Shown: positions 7,984 through 17,699 of the stretch, piece by piece | Layout of the letters: every line of letters starts with the position of its first letter | How positions within the stretch are numbered: position 1 is the first letter of the stretch | DNA from: Thermoplasmata archaeon | Lineage (GTDB): Archaea > Thermoplasmatota > Thermoplasmata > Lutacidiplasmatales > UBA184 | Direction: 5' to 3' | Length of the DNA: 64,000 nt | NCBI GenBank assembly: GCA_028864975.1 | Contig: JAGWLG010000002.1 | Coordinates: 24,043-88,042, forward strand | The notes under the pieces: generated by a model | Seen by the model: the letters and a program-made list of their open reading frames with translations, nothing else | The model's database searches: none | Told to the model about the DNA's origin: nothing | Translations under genes and position numbers: made by a program

Positions 7984-10548
7984 TCACGCGGAGCGCCCCC
8001 CGCTTCTCGGCGGGCGTTCTGCCTCGGGAGGAGACGGACCTCCTGCCACGGCACGCTCCGAAGCGATGCGACGGGAGGGCGCGACGAAGCGGGCGGCATA
8101 GAACCAGGCCCGCGGGGATGGGAGATGGAGATGCGAGCGGTGAGGAGCGGACGGGCCCCTGCGCTCCAGTCTTCCGTACACCCGGCTCTTCAGCTGGTCG
8201 AAGACCACGAGGTCCAGGCAGGAGAAAGCCCAGGCGACCCCCACCCAGACGAGAGGGAGCGGGGTGATCAGGAACCCCGACACGGCGATGAGCGTCGCGA
8301 CGGCCTGGGTCCCCACGACGGCGACGAGCAGGAGGTTCGCGGGGCGTGAGGACCAGAACGGGCCCTTGGTCCGCGTCGCGAAGATCCCCAGGTGGCCCGC
8401 GACGGAGAGCTTGAGGTAAAGGAGCGTCTGGATCGCGGCGAACGGTAGCACCCAGACCTTCAGCGCCAGGAAGAAGAGCAGGAAGGAGAAAGCGACCCCC
8501 ACCATCCCGAGCAGGAAGGCCTGGACGAGGACCGTGCGCATCTCCCATCGGACCGGTCGGGGGGCGACGGTGGCGTTGTCGTACGCGATGGAGAGGATCG
8601 CTCCGTCGTTCAGCACGGCCAGGAGCACGATCATGATCGCCGTGACGGGGTAGAGCGCGAAGGCGAGGATCGAGAGCGAGAGGAGGAGGAGGATACGGAT
8701 GGTCTCGCCCACGCGGTAGATCGCGTAGGAGGTCATCCGCTGGAAGATCCTGCGGCTCTCTTCGACGGCGCGGACCAGCACCCGAAGCCCCGGGGTCAGG
8801 AGCACCAGGCTCGCCGCGCCGCGCGCGACGTCCGTGGCGCCGGAGACCGCGACCCCGGCATCCGCCTTCTTCAGCGCAGGAGCGTCGTTGACGCCGTCCC
8901 CGGTCATGCCGACGATGCGGCCCTCCGCCTGGAGGCGCTCGACGATCGCGTACTTGTCCTCGGGAAAGACCTGAGCGAACCCGTCCGCCCGGTCGATGGC
9001 CTCCGAGCGGACCGAAGCTCCCTGTCCTGGGGAAACATGCAGGACCTCCGCGGGAAGGATGTTCGTCCCCAGCCCCAGCTGCCGCGAGGTCTCCTTCCCG
9101 ATCGCGAGCTGGTCCCCGGTCAGCACCTTGACCTGGACCCCGAGGGCCTGGGCCCCGCGGACGACCTCTCTGGCGTCGGGCCGCAGGGGGTCGTAGAGCG
9201 GGAGGACCCCGAGGAAGTGCCATGGCCCGGTGCCCTCCCTGCGGGCGACGCCCAGCGTACGGAACCCACGGGCCGCGAAGTCCGAGACGACGGACTCCGA
9301 CGCATGGAGCTCCTCGCCTCTCAGGTGGGTGAGCTCGAAGAGCACCTGGCAGGCCCCCTTCGACACCGAGAGCTCGGTCCCCTGCGACGTCTGGATATGG
9401 ACCTCCGTCCGTTTCACCTTCGGGTCGAAGGGGGTGAACGCGAGGACCGAGAAGGGAGCGCGTTCCGGCGCAGGGACCTTCGAGAGGATCGCAAGGTCGA
9501 TCGGGTCCTGGTTCTCCTCCCGCGAGGCCAGGGCGGCCATGAGGAGCACCTCCCGTGGGTCGTGGCCGCTCAAGGCGTAGGGGTCGCCCACCGTGAGCTT
9601 GTTCTGGGTCAGGGTCCCGGTCTTGTCCGAGCAGAGGACGTCCATGCCCGCGAGCTCCTCCATGGCGGAGAGCCGGGTGACCACCGCCTGCTCGCCCGCG
9701 AGCTTCCTCGCCCCCACGGCCATCGTGACCGAGAGCACGGTCGGCATGGCGACCGGTATCGCGGCCACCGTGAGGATGAGGGCGAACTGCAGGCTGTCAA
9801 GGAGCCGCTCCCCCCGCAACAAGGCGGCGATCTCGATGACCGCGGCCAGCGCCGCGGCCGTCACGATGAGCGCGTTCCCGATCCGAAGCACGGCGTGCTG
9901 GAAGTGGCTCACGGTGTGCGCGACCTGGACCAGCTCGCTCGTTCTTCCGAAGAACGTGTGAGGCCCGGTCCCCGAGACCACGCCGGCCGCCTCGCCTCGA
10001 GCGACCAGGGAACTGGAGTAGGCCGTGTCGCCGCCGTTCTTGGTGACAGGAAGGGATTCCCCCGTGAGCGTGGACTGGTCGAGCTCGAGCTCCGAACCCG
10101 CCGCGAGGACCGTGTCGGCGGGGACCACGTCGCCCATGCGCAAGCGGACCCGGTCGCCGGGGACGAGCTGACGCGCGGGGAGCAGGGCCCAGGCCCCGTC
10201 GCGAAGCACGCGCGCGTTCACCGCGAGCTTTGCACGAAGGGCGGCCACCGCGTTGCCGGCCTGGTGCTCCTCCCAGAACCCGACGACCCCGTTCACCACG
10301 AGAAGGACCAGGATGATGCTCAGGTCGTCCCAGTTCTCCACGAGGAGCGCGAGCGCCGCCGCGACCTCGATCATCCAGGGGATCGGGCCCCAGAAGTACC
10401 CGAGGAAGACGAGCAAGGGGTTGCGATGCTTCTCCGGGATCTCGTTGGGACCGTACCGACCCAGGAGCTCCTTGGCCTGGGCCGAGCTGAGCCCAGGCCC
10501 CTCCGCGGAGGGGGGCGACGTCGGGGCCGGCCCGGTCCCTTTCACCAC
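7984..10548 (-). CDS. P-type ATPase, plasma-membrane H+/cation-transporting type (P3A-like)
   Basis: 'CSDKTGTLTQNKL' phosphorylation motif, 'TGDGVNDAPALKKADAGVAV' hinge motif, N-terminus 'LGRYGPNEIPEKHRNPLLVFLGYFWGPIPWMIE' typical of P3A ATPases. Confidence 0.85.
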   Translation of the reverse strand: MVKGTGPAPTSPPSAEGPGLSSAQAKELLGRYGPNEIPEKHRNPLLVFLGYFWGPIPWMIEVAAALALLVENWDDLSIILVLLVVNGVVGFWEEHQAGNAVAALRAKLAVNARVLRDGAWALLPARQLVPGDRVRLRMGDVVPADTVLAAGSELELDQSTLTGESLPVTKNGGDTAYSSSLVARGEAAGVVSGTGPHTFFGRTSELVQVAHTVSHFQHAVLRIGNALIVTAAALAAVIEIAALLRGERLLDSLQFALILTVAAIPVAMPTVLSVTMAVGARKLAGEQAVVTRLSAMEELAGMDVLCSDKTGTLTQNKLTVGDPYALSGHDPREVLLMAALASREENQDPIDLAILSKVPAPERAPFSVLAFTPFDPKVKRTEVHIQTSQGTELSVSKGACQVLFELTHLRGEELHASESVVSDFAARGFRTLGVARREGTGPWHFLGVLPLYDPLRPDAREVVRGAQALGVQVKVLTGDQLAIGKETSRQLGLGTNILPAEVLHVSPGQGASVRSEAIDRADGFAQVFPEDKYAIVERLQAEGRIVGMTGDGVNDAPALKKADAGVAVSGATDVARGAASLVLLTPGLRVLVRAVEESRRIFQRMTSYAIYRVGETIRILLLLSLSILAFALYPVTAIMIVLLAVLNDGAILSIAYDNATVAPRPVRWEMRTVLVQAFLLGMVGVAFSFLLFFLALKVWVLPFAAIQTLLYLKLSVAGHLGIFATRTKGPFWSSRPANLLLVAVVGTQAVATLIAVSGFLITPLPLVWVGVAWAFSCLDLVVFDQLKSRVYGRLERRGPSAPHRSHLHLPSPRAWFYAARFVAPSRRIASERAVAGGPSPPEAERPPRSGGRSA

Positions 10549-10610
10549 GCCTCGGCGGAGGAGCGGGCCGAGCGATGAAGCTCACGTGGGGCGCGCCTCG
10601 GGTCGGCCCT

Positions 10611-11858
10611 TCAGAAGTGGACGAAGGGCCGCGCCTTCTGCTGCTCGTGTGGGCGCCCCTCGCCTCCCGGGGGTAGCGAGGTCCGACGCGTGGCTAGGTA
10701 GGTGAGCAGGACGAAGACACCCAGGGCGAGCCCGAAGGCCGTCCCTGAGGCCGCAGCCCCGACGTGGTCCGCAAGGAAGGCCGTCCCGAGGGTAGGGACC
10801 GCCAGCGAGAGGTAGCCGGTGAGGAAGAACCCCGAGAGGACCTCGCCTCCCACCGCGTCGGGGGCGACGCGGTCGACCAGGGTGACGGCCCCCATGTAGA
10901 CGTAGCCGACGGCGACCCCCATCAGGACCCCCGATCCGAGCAGGACTGGAAGGGAGGCCAGCGGAAGGGAGAGCACGAAGAGGAGAAGGGAGAGCGCGAG
11001 CATCGGAAGTCCGAGGAGGAGGGCGTCCCGGTCCCGCACCTGACCGAGGAAGATCTGCACGATCGCGGCACCCGCGAACATGACGGAGACGAACGCCGAA
11101 GCCTCGAACGGGGCGATCCCCGTCGCCTCCCGGACCGCCGCGGGGGCGAGCGAGGCGAAGAACCCGTAGATCGCGTAGCACGCGGCGACCCCTCCCGCCG
11201 AGATCCAGAACGGCGCCCGGATCGACCGAGGGACGGAGATGTGGCGGATGCGCAGCCGGGTCGCTCCAGGACCAGGGTGGTAGTGGGGCGGGGTGACCCG
11301 GATCGCGAGCAGGCCCAAGAGGGCCGAGGCGACCAGGAAGACATAGACGAGCTGCCGCGGGTCGGGCAGGTACGCGACCGAGAGGCTGCTGACGAGGATG
11401 CCGGTGGCGACCGCGCCGAAGTTCGCACCAACGGCGACGCGGGCGACGTGGTGCTTGTCGAGGTGGGGCTCGCGATGGGTCATCGAGACGGTGGCCGTCC
11501 CGGTCGTCGCCCCCACGGCGAGGCCGGAGACGAAGCGCGCGGCGGCGAGCGCAAGGACTCCGTTCGCGAGGAGAAAGAGGACCCCGGAGAGGACCGTGAG
11601 GAGCATGCCCACGTAGAGGATCGGCCGGGTCCCCACGAGGTCCGCCTGAGGGGCCAACAGGAACATCGTCAGGAGGACGCCCACGGTGTACGAGGCGAAG
11701 ATCGCCGCCAGGACGGTCGACGAGAACGCATACTCCCGCTGGTAAATCGAATAGAGCGGCGTGGGCACTCCGGCCCCGAAGGCCGTGACGGCGAGCACGT
11801 AGGCGATGCGGCGGAAGGGACCCCGGGTCCGCTCCGCGACCCCGTCCGTCGGCGACAT
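10611..11858 (-). CDS. MFS transporter
   Basis: 12 hydrophobic segments, Gly-rich MFS-type loops ('FVSGLAVGATTG'). Confidence 0.75.
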   Translation of the reverse strand: MSPTDGVAERTRGPFRRIAYVLAVTAFGAGVPTPLYSIYQREYAFSSTVLAAIFASYTVGVLLTMFLLAPQADLVGTRPILYVGMLLTVLSGVLFLLANGVLALAAARFVSGLAVGATTGTATVSMTHREPHLDKHHVARVAVGANFGAVATGILVSSLSVAYLPDPRQLVYVFLVASALLGLLAIRVTPPHYHPGPGATRLRIRHISVPRSIRAPFWISAGGVAACYAIYGFFASLAPAAVREATGIAPFEASAFVSVMFAGAAIVQIFLGQVRDRDALLLGLPMLALSLLLFVLSLPLASLPVLLGSGVLMGVAVGYVYMGAVTLVDRVAPDAVGGEVLSGFFLTGYLSLAVPTLGTAFLADHVGAAASGTAFGLALGVFVLLTYLATRRTSLPPGGEGRPHEQQKARPFVHF

Positions 11859-11964
11859 GCGGCAACCTTCCGTGGGGCCCTAACCGCGGCCTGGGGGCCT
11901 CCGACCGCGGCGGCATGTTCGAAGCCGTTCTTGATGCTTGGCGAGCGGGTCGGCGAAGGGCCCT

Positions 11965-12975
11965 TCAAAGGTCCGGCAGACGAACGCCGAGCACGTGGAG
12001 ACCCAGCGCGAGGACCAAGCCCACGGCGTACCACCCTGCAAAGCTGCGGTTGAGGAGGAACCCGAAGCCCACGAACCAGAGAGGCCAGGCTCCGGCCGGG
12101 TATCCCGGCGGAGGGTTTTCGGGATGGGGCCCCCGTAGCACTCGCCACGCGGGTACGGCCACCGGCAGGGAAAGAAGGGCCAAGAGAGAAGGGACCGGCA
12201 GCCGACCCCCCAGCACGAGGGCAACGACCGAGGCCGGCATCGCGACCAACAGGACCCGCATCGCGAAGCGGGCACGGGGTTCGCCCAGGATCACGGGGAG
12301 CGTGCGGATCCCCCTGCGGGCGTCGTCCTGGAGCTTGTCGATGTGCTTGCCCAAGATGACCAACGTGGCCCCCAGACCACTGGGGATCGCCCCGAGGAGG
12401 GCGAAGAGCGAGAGCGCCCCCGTCAACACGAACGCGCTTCCGGCGACCATGAGCGGCCCCCAGATGAGGAAGACCGCGACCTCTCCGAGACCGAGGTACT
12501 TGAGCCCAGGCCGGCTCGCGTAGCCCAGCGCCAGGACGAGGCCGACCAGGGCGAGAAGTCCGACCCAGGGTCCTCGCACCCAGACCAGAAGAGCTCCGCA
12601 CGCCAGCGCGGCCGCGGCGGTCGTTGCCGCCCAGGTGCGGAGCTCCTTCTCCGTCAGGAACCCTGAGAGGATGGGATGCGGGCCGTACTGGACCCGGAAG
12701 TAATTCCCTTCGTCAACGCCACTGTGGAAGTCCTCCAGGTCATTGATGAGGTTGCTCGCGGCGTGCGCGAGGACAAGACCCAGGGCGAGCGGCGGGAGGA
12801 GCCACCAGTCGACCGGGCCCTGAAGCGCCGCGAACAACGTCCCCAAGGCCACGCTCAGGACCGTGAGCAGCAGCACGGCGCCCCGCGACACGAGCAGCCA
12901 TCGCGACAGCAGGCCGCAGCTCGCCCACTCCTCTCGGCCCACCTTGGGGATCGTGGTCAAAGCCCTTCGCCACAT
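11965..12975 (-). CDS. UbiA-family prenyltransferase (MenA/DHNA-octaprenyltransferase-like)
   Basis: 'ASNLINDLEDFHSGVD' is the NDxxDxxxD prenyl-diphosphate binding motif; polytopic membrane protein. Confidence 0.75.
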   Translation of the reverse strand: MWRRALTTIPKVGREEWASCGLLSRWLLVSRGAVLLLTVLSVALGTLFAALQGPVDWWLLPPLALGLVLAHAASNLINDLEDFHSGVDEGNYFRVQYGPHPILSGFLTEKELRTWAATTAAAALACGALLVWVRGPWVGLLALVGLVLALGYASRPGLKYLGLGEVAVFLIWGPLMVAGSAFVLTGALSLFALLGAIPSGLGATLVILGKHIDKLQDDARRGIRTLPVILGEPRARFAMRVLLVAMPASVVALVLGGRLPVPSLLALLSLPVAVPAWRVLRGPHPENPPPGYPAGAWPLWFVGFGFLLNRSFAGWYAVGLVLALGLHVLGVRLPDL

Positions 12976-13036
12976 GGGAACCCCGTCGAGGTCGCGCCAG
13001 CGTAGGAAGTTCCGACCTCACGGGGGAGGGAGGAGC

Positions 13037-14182
13037 TCAGCTCGGGAGCGGGGTCGCCCGCTTGCGGCTGACCAGCGTCGGGAGCTTCCCGAGCTCGGAG
13101 AGCTCGGAGGGGCTCAACTGAAGCTGGAGCGCCCCGGACGGAAGCATCCTCAACGAACGACGGTGAGGGTCGCCCCGCAGCTGGACCGAGAGTCCCTCGG
13201 GCCCCCCGGTGGCCACGAGAGGAAGCTTGGAGCCCTTCCACTGGGTGAGGAGGGTCGACAGGAAGGCCTCGAGCGCCTCCCCCTTACCCACCGCGAAGAA
13301 CGCCTGCTGGGCGACCGACCGTCCATCGGAGCCCAGGAACAGGACCGGGACTGAAGGGAGCAACTTCGGAAAGCTCTTGGCGGGAGCCGCCGGCGAAGGC
13401 TCGCTCGATGCGGGGGGCTTCGGGGGAGCGGCGTGGGCCGCTTCCAGCTCGCCCTGCAGTCGCGCCGTATGCGACCGGGACTCCGACAGGTCGTGTGTGA
13501 GGCGCGCCACCTCGGCCTTTGCCGCCTCGAGCTCCGCCTCCGCTCGGGACCGTGCCTCTTCGCCCCGCTCCTTCTCGGTCCTCATCGTCTCGAGCTCCGC
13601 CTCGCGCGCGCGAAGCTCCTGCTCGGCCTTGTCCCAGCCGACCCGCATCTTCTCCGCCTCCGCTTTCCCTCCTCGGTGCGCTCCGAGCTCCTGGAGGGTG
13701 CGCTGAAGCTCCTCTCGGGAGGAGCTGAGGTCGTTCTCGAGCCGACCGCGGGCGCCACGTTCCTCCTCGACCTCGCTCCTCCGGAGCGCCTTCTCCCGCT
13801 CGAGGCCCGCGGTGGCCAGGGTGAGCTTGGAGGAGAGCTCCCGCGATTCGCTCGCCAACTGCTCCGCATCCCCCAGGGCGGCCTCCCGTTCCTTGACCGC
13901 AAGAACGAGCTCGGCGCGAAGATGAGCGACCTCGGCCATCAGGTCGGATAGGGCCAGGGTGGCAGGTCTCTCGACCAAGGCCCCACCGTCCGACCCGCTG
14001 GAGGGGCCCGAAGGGGCGAGCGACACTGGCTCCGTGGCGGAGACATCCTGGGCGAGGGAGGTCAGCTCTTCGAGCTCCCGCGCGAGAGAGCCCTGCTCCC
14101 CATCGGTGGTACCTGCGGGAGGTACCGTGGCTCCCTCCGGCGGGCGAGGCCGGGGCGGGGTCCGAGGGTCCTCGTCGGGCAT
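13037..14182 (-). CDS. coiled-coil protein with Pro-rich N-terminus and globular C-terminal domain, hypothetical
   Basis: About 200 aa of heptad-like E/R/L/A-rich sequence (REKALRRSEVEEERGARGRLENDLSSSREELQRTLQEL...) flanked by Pro-rich segments; start at MPDEDP (14182). Confidence 0.45.
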   Translation of the reverse strand: MPDEDPRTPPRPRPPEGATVPPAGTTDGEQGSLARELEELTSLAQDVSATEPVSLAPSGPSSGSDGGALVERPATLALSDLMAEVAHLRAELVLAVKEREAALGDAEQLASESRELSSKLTLATAGLEREKALRRSEVEEERGARGRLENDLSSSREELQRTLQELGAHRGGKAEAEKMRVGWDKAEQELRAREAELETMRTEKERGEEARSRAEAELEAAKAEVARLTHDLSESRSHTARLQGELEAAHAAPPKPPASSEPSPAAPAKSFPKLLPSVPVLFLGSDGRSVAQQAFFAVGKGEALEAFLSTLLTQWKGSKLPLVATGGPEGLSVQLRGDPHRRSLRMLPSGALQLQLSPSELSELGKLPTLVSRKRATPLPS

Positions 14183-14371
14183 GATGCCTACCACCTGGCG
14201 CAGTCCTTCGCCAGGGCGGTCCTTCGGCTTAAACCTGGGGGGAGGGCGCCGCCCCCCTGCCGGGCACGGATGCGGTGGACCCCGGTTCACCAAGGGCTCT
14301 TGGGGGACGGGCCGGGTAGTGTCCCTCGAGGGAGGTTCGCTTCAAGGGCTCCCCCTCGGGAGGATGGGTCG

Positions 14372-14746
14372 ATGATGGAGCATCGTCATCTGATCGTGGG
14401 GAGCTGGTACGAGAACGGCCCTCCCTCCCGCACCGTCGAGGTCGTTTCGGAGGTGCTCTCCCACGTACGGGACCCCCCTCCAAGGGGAGAAGGGTCCCCC
14501 CGTGGGGGATTGCTCTACCGGGAACGCACGTTGTACCGGTGCGAGGGCGACAGTCCCTTCGCGGTCCACACCCTCGAGGAGTACGGCGACGATCCGCCGC
14601 GGAAGGTGGGGCTTCTGCAGCGCTACGCGTCCTGGGGCGAGGTGCTCGGGGACCACCCCGACCTCGCCCAGCGCGTCGCGGCGAACCTCCACCGGGTCGC
14701 GCGGTCGTCGTCGGCTCCTCGGCCGTTGGCGGATGCGGCCGCATAG
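14372..14746 (+). CDS. hypothetical protein
   Basis: ORF with good GC3 starting MMEHRHLIVGSWYENG; no recognisable motif. Confidence 0.3.
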   Translation: MMEHRHLIVGSWYENGPPSRTVEVVSEVLSHVRDPPPRGEGSPRGGLLYRERTLYRCEGDSPFAVHTLEEYGDDPPRKVGLLQRYASWGEVLGDHPDLAQRVAANLHRVARSSSAPRPLADAAA

Positions 14747-14842
14747 CTCTCTCCGGGACCGCGGCCGCGGGAGGTCTCGGCCCTTCAGTCGATTGTCTGG
14801 GTCGGCCCGTCGGAACGGATGCGCGGGGGGGCGGAACCCGCA

Positions 14843-15385
14843 TCAGATGATCTTCGCGTGGGTCGCGTTCAGCGGTCGGAACCCTCGCTTCGCATAGAAG
14901 CGTGCGGCGATCTGGTTCTGCGCGGGGAACTCGGCTGTGACGATGCCCGCCCCCTTTTCCTTCAGGATCCGGACCGTCTCCGCCAGGAGGTACTCTCCCA
15001 CGTTCTTACGCCGGAAGGCCGGCAGGAGGTAGATGTCCAGGATGACCCCCTCGACCTCGGGCGTGTAGAAGATCCGGTCGCGCAGCGCGGCCCGAACGAC
15101 CCCGACGACCCGGCCCTGGTCGGGCCCCGTCCCTTCACCGGCCAGGACCAGCATCTTCGGGTCCTTCACGGCGGTTTCCAGCACTCGCGTCGCGTGCGCT
15201 TCCGCGTCCATACGGACCTTGAGCAACGGGTCGAACTCCTCGTTCAGGCGCTTGAGCCGGACCAGAAGCCCGGCGAGCGCGGGGACGTCCTCCGCCTGCG
15301 CCGGTCGCACCGTGATGCGGTGGGCGGTCTCCTTGTGGCCCGCGGCGGCCTCCTCGATCAATCTGGCGGCTTTGCTGTCCGACAT
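14843..15385 (-). CDS. GNAT family N-acetyltransferase
   Basis: 'VGVVRAALRD...LLPAFRRKNVGEYLLAETVRILKEKGAGIVTAEF...ARFYAKRGF' GNAT motifs. Confidence 0.65.
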   Translation of the reverse strand: MSDSKAARLIEEAAAGHKETAHRITVRPAQAEDVPALAGLLVRLKRLNEEFDPLLKVRMDAEAHATRVLETAVKDPKMLVLAGEGTGPDQGRVVGVVRAALRDRIFYTPEVEGVILDIYLLPAFRRKNVGEYLLAETVRILKEKGAGIVTAEFPAQNQIAARFYAKRGFRPLNATHAKII

Positions 15386-15461
15386 CGTGTTTCGCTCCCC
15401 CACCCTTCGCACGCTCCTCGCTGCTCTTCTCCTCGCTTTCGTGGGTGAACTTCGATGGTCC

Positions 15462-16898
15462 CTAGTCGCTCTCCTGCCCCGGCATCGGGGGCAGCAAGCC
15501 GTTCTTCATGAGGACGCGGGAGAGCTCCTTGGGTCGGGCCATCCGCGACTGCGCGAGCTGGAGGAACTCCTCCTTCGTGCGCTTCGCTCGGGCGATGCCG
15601 AGCTCCACGGCCTTCGTGGCCACCGAGGCCGCGACCTCGGGAAAGACCCCTTCCTCGGCCATCGTGGGGAGGATGTGCTCTCGCGTGAGCCCCTTGACCT
15701 TCGCCTGGCGGGCGAGGGCCTGGGCGGCCTCCAGGGCGAGCACGTCGGGGATCCCCTTCGCGTGGGCGTCCAGGATCCCTCGGAAGACCGGGGGGAAGAT
15801 CAGCGAGTTGTTGACCTGGTTCGGGAAGTCGCTCCGCCCCGTCGCGACGATCGCCGCGCCCGCGTCCCGCGCGACATGCGGCCAGACCTCGGGGTCGGGA
15901 TTGGCGAGCGAGAAGACGATGGCCTCCGGGGCCATGGTCGAGATCCAATCGGGCTTGACCATGCCGGGCTGGGGGGTCGAGGCGGCGATGAGCACGTCCG
16001 CCCCGCGAAGGGCCTCCTTGAGCCCCCCTTGGGTCCGGGCCTCGTTCGTCGTCAGCGCGAGCTCGTACTTCCATCGGTTGCGGAGCATGAGCTCGTCGAT
16101 GTCCTCCCGCTCCGAGTGCAGGATCCCCCGGTGGTCCACGACGGTCAGGGCCCCCATGTCGCAGTTGAGCGCCTTCAACAGTCGGGCGGTGGCCAGGTTT
16201 GCCGCCCCCGCCCCCAGGAGGACGATCCCCGTCTGCCAGATCTTCCGGCCCGTGAGCTCGAGGGCGTTCAGGAGGCCGGCGACGGTGGCGGCCGCGGTGC
16301 CCAACTGGTCGTCGTGCCACACAGGGATCGAGAGCGAGCGCTGCAGGTCGTCCAGGATCTGAAAGCACTTGGGGCTCGCGATATCCTCGAGGTTCACCCC
16401 GCCCAGGGCAGGCTCCAAGCGCTGGACCGTGGCGACGATCTCTGCCGGGTCCTTGGTCCGGATCGGGATCGGGAAGGCGTCGACCCCACCCAGGTACTTG
16501 AACAGGAGCGCCTTGCCCTCCATCACCGGGAGCGCCGCCTCCGGTCCCACGTCGCCCAGACCCAGGACCCGCGAACCGTCGGTCACGATGGCGATGGTGT
16601 TCCATCGCCCCGTGAGCTCGAAGGCGAGCTCGGGGTCCTTGTGGATCTGCCGCGAGACCTCGGCGATCCCCGGGGTGTACCAGTACGAGAAGTCCTTGAG
16701 GGTCCGCACGGGGACCTTCGGGATGACCTCGATCTTCCCCGCGAAGTGGCGGGCGAGGTCGACCGCGCGTTCGGAGAGGCCCCGCGTCTCCTCCTCGGCC
16801 TCCCGGGAGCGGGCCTCCTCGAGCTCCTGGTCCGTCTTGCGCCCGCCTTCCTCGACCCCGGGGCGGGAGCGGGGGAGGACTTCGACCATGAGGGCCAC
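15462..16898 (-). CDS. NAD(P)-dependent malic enzyme (small prokaryotic form)
   Basis: 'DFSYWYTPGIAEV', 'VTDGSRVLGLGDVG', 'FKYLGGVDAFPI', 'VLLGAGAANLATARLL', 'FSLANPDPEV' are malic-enzyme signatures; N-terminal approx. 40 aa may be over-extended. Confidence 0.85.
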   Translation of the reverse strand: MALMVEVLPRSRPGVEEGGRKTDQELEEARSREAEEETRGLSERAVDLARHFAGKIEVIPKVPVRTLKDFSYWYTPGIAEVSRQIHKDPELAFELTGRWNTIAIVTDGSRVLGLGDVGPEAALPVMEGKALLFKYLGGVDAFPIPIRTKDPAEIVATVQRLEPALGGVNLEDIASPKCFQILDDLQRSLSIPVWHDDQLGTAAATVAGLLNALELTGRKIWQTGIVLLGAGAANLATARLLKALNCDMGALTVVDHRGILHSEREDIDELMLRNRWKYELALTTNEARTQGGLKEALRGADVLIAASTPQPGMVKPDWISTMAPEAIVFSLANPDPEVWPHVARDAGAAIVATGRSDFPNQVNNSLIFPPVFRGILDAHAKGIPDVLALEAAQALARQAKVKGLTREHILPTMAEEGVFPEVAASVATKAVELGIARAKRTKEEFLQLAQSRMARPKELSRVLMKNGLLPPMPGQESD

Positions 16899-16994
16899 GA
16901 CCCGAGCCCCCGTCAGGGGCGCGCGCCTAGGGATGGCCGTGGGAGACGAATAAAACGTTGGTGACGGGATTGGACGCCGCCGTCGGACCTAGGC

Positions 16995-17633
16995 TTGAAG
17001 AGCCCCCGACGGCATCCGTGGTCCGCGGGGTCAATGCCGGCGGATTCGACGCTGCCTGCGACAGCGCCTCCGGCGCCACTTGCCCTCCCCTTCACCGCCC
17101 GCGACGCGCGCCGCGAACAGCTCCAGCGAGAGTACGAGGAGGCCGTCGCCCGCCTTCGGCGGGTGCGCCAGTACCGCTTCGTGATCTATGGCGAGGTCCG
17201 CCGTTGTCTCGCCGTCCTGGGCGACCAGGCGAGCGAGCTCGTCGGGGGCGAGAGGTACGAGGAGCTCAAGCGTGAGAGCGAGATGCTCTCGACGGACCCC
17301 GTCCCGATCGAGGGGATGGAAGGTGAGGAGCCCCTCACGGACCCGGCCCTGGCCTGGATGGAACCGGAATCTCTGCCGGAGGCGGTGGAGGGGCCACCCT
17401 CGCTCCCGCCCGCCCCTAGTTCGGAGGAGACGGGCCACGCGGCGAGGACCCTTCGGGAGTGCCTGGAGTACTTGGATGCCGCGGACCGCTCGATCCCGGA
17501 GTTCCACGTAGCGATCCTGCAGGCCGAGGCACGTCTCAAGGAGCTCGGCGAGACCCCGACCGTCGCCGTCGAGGTCGTGACCAGCCCGGTCTCGCCCCCC
17601 CCGACGACCGCGCCGCCAGCTTCGACCAGCTGA
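16995..17633 (+). CDS. hypothetical acidic/Pro-rich protein
   Basis: Coding-like GC3; no motif; start may be further downstream. Confidence 0.35.
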   Translation: MKSPRRHPWSAGSMPADSTLPATAPPAPLALPFTARDARREQLQREYEEAVARLRRVRQYRFVIYGEVRRCLAVLGDQASELVGGERYEELKRESEMLSTDPVPIEGMEGEEPLTDPALAWMEPESLPEAVEGPPSLPPAPSSEETGHAARTLRECLEYLDAADRSIPEFHVAILQAEARLKELGETPTVAVEVVTSPVSPPPTTAPPASTS

Positions 17634-17699
17634 GCGCGCCCTTCCCCCCCGTCGCCCTCGGGTTCAAGTGGCCTCCCCTCTCTCCGCGACGGTCCTGCC

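Noticed and set aside
13433-13951. Plus-strand ORFs antisense to the coiled-coil gene
   Set aside because: They are Leu/Arg/Glu-rich mirror images of a coiled-coil coding sequence. Antisense strands of coiled-coil genes are typically open, and there is no independent support.
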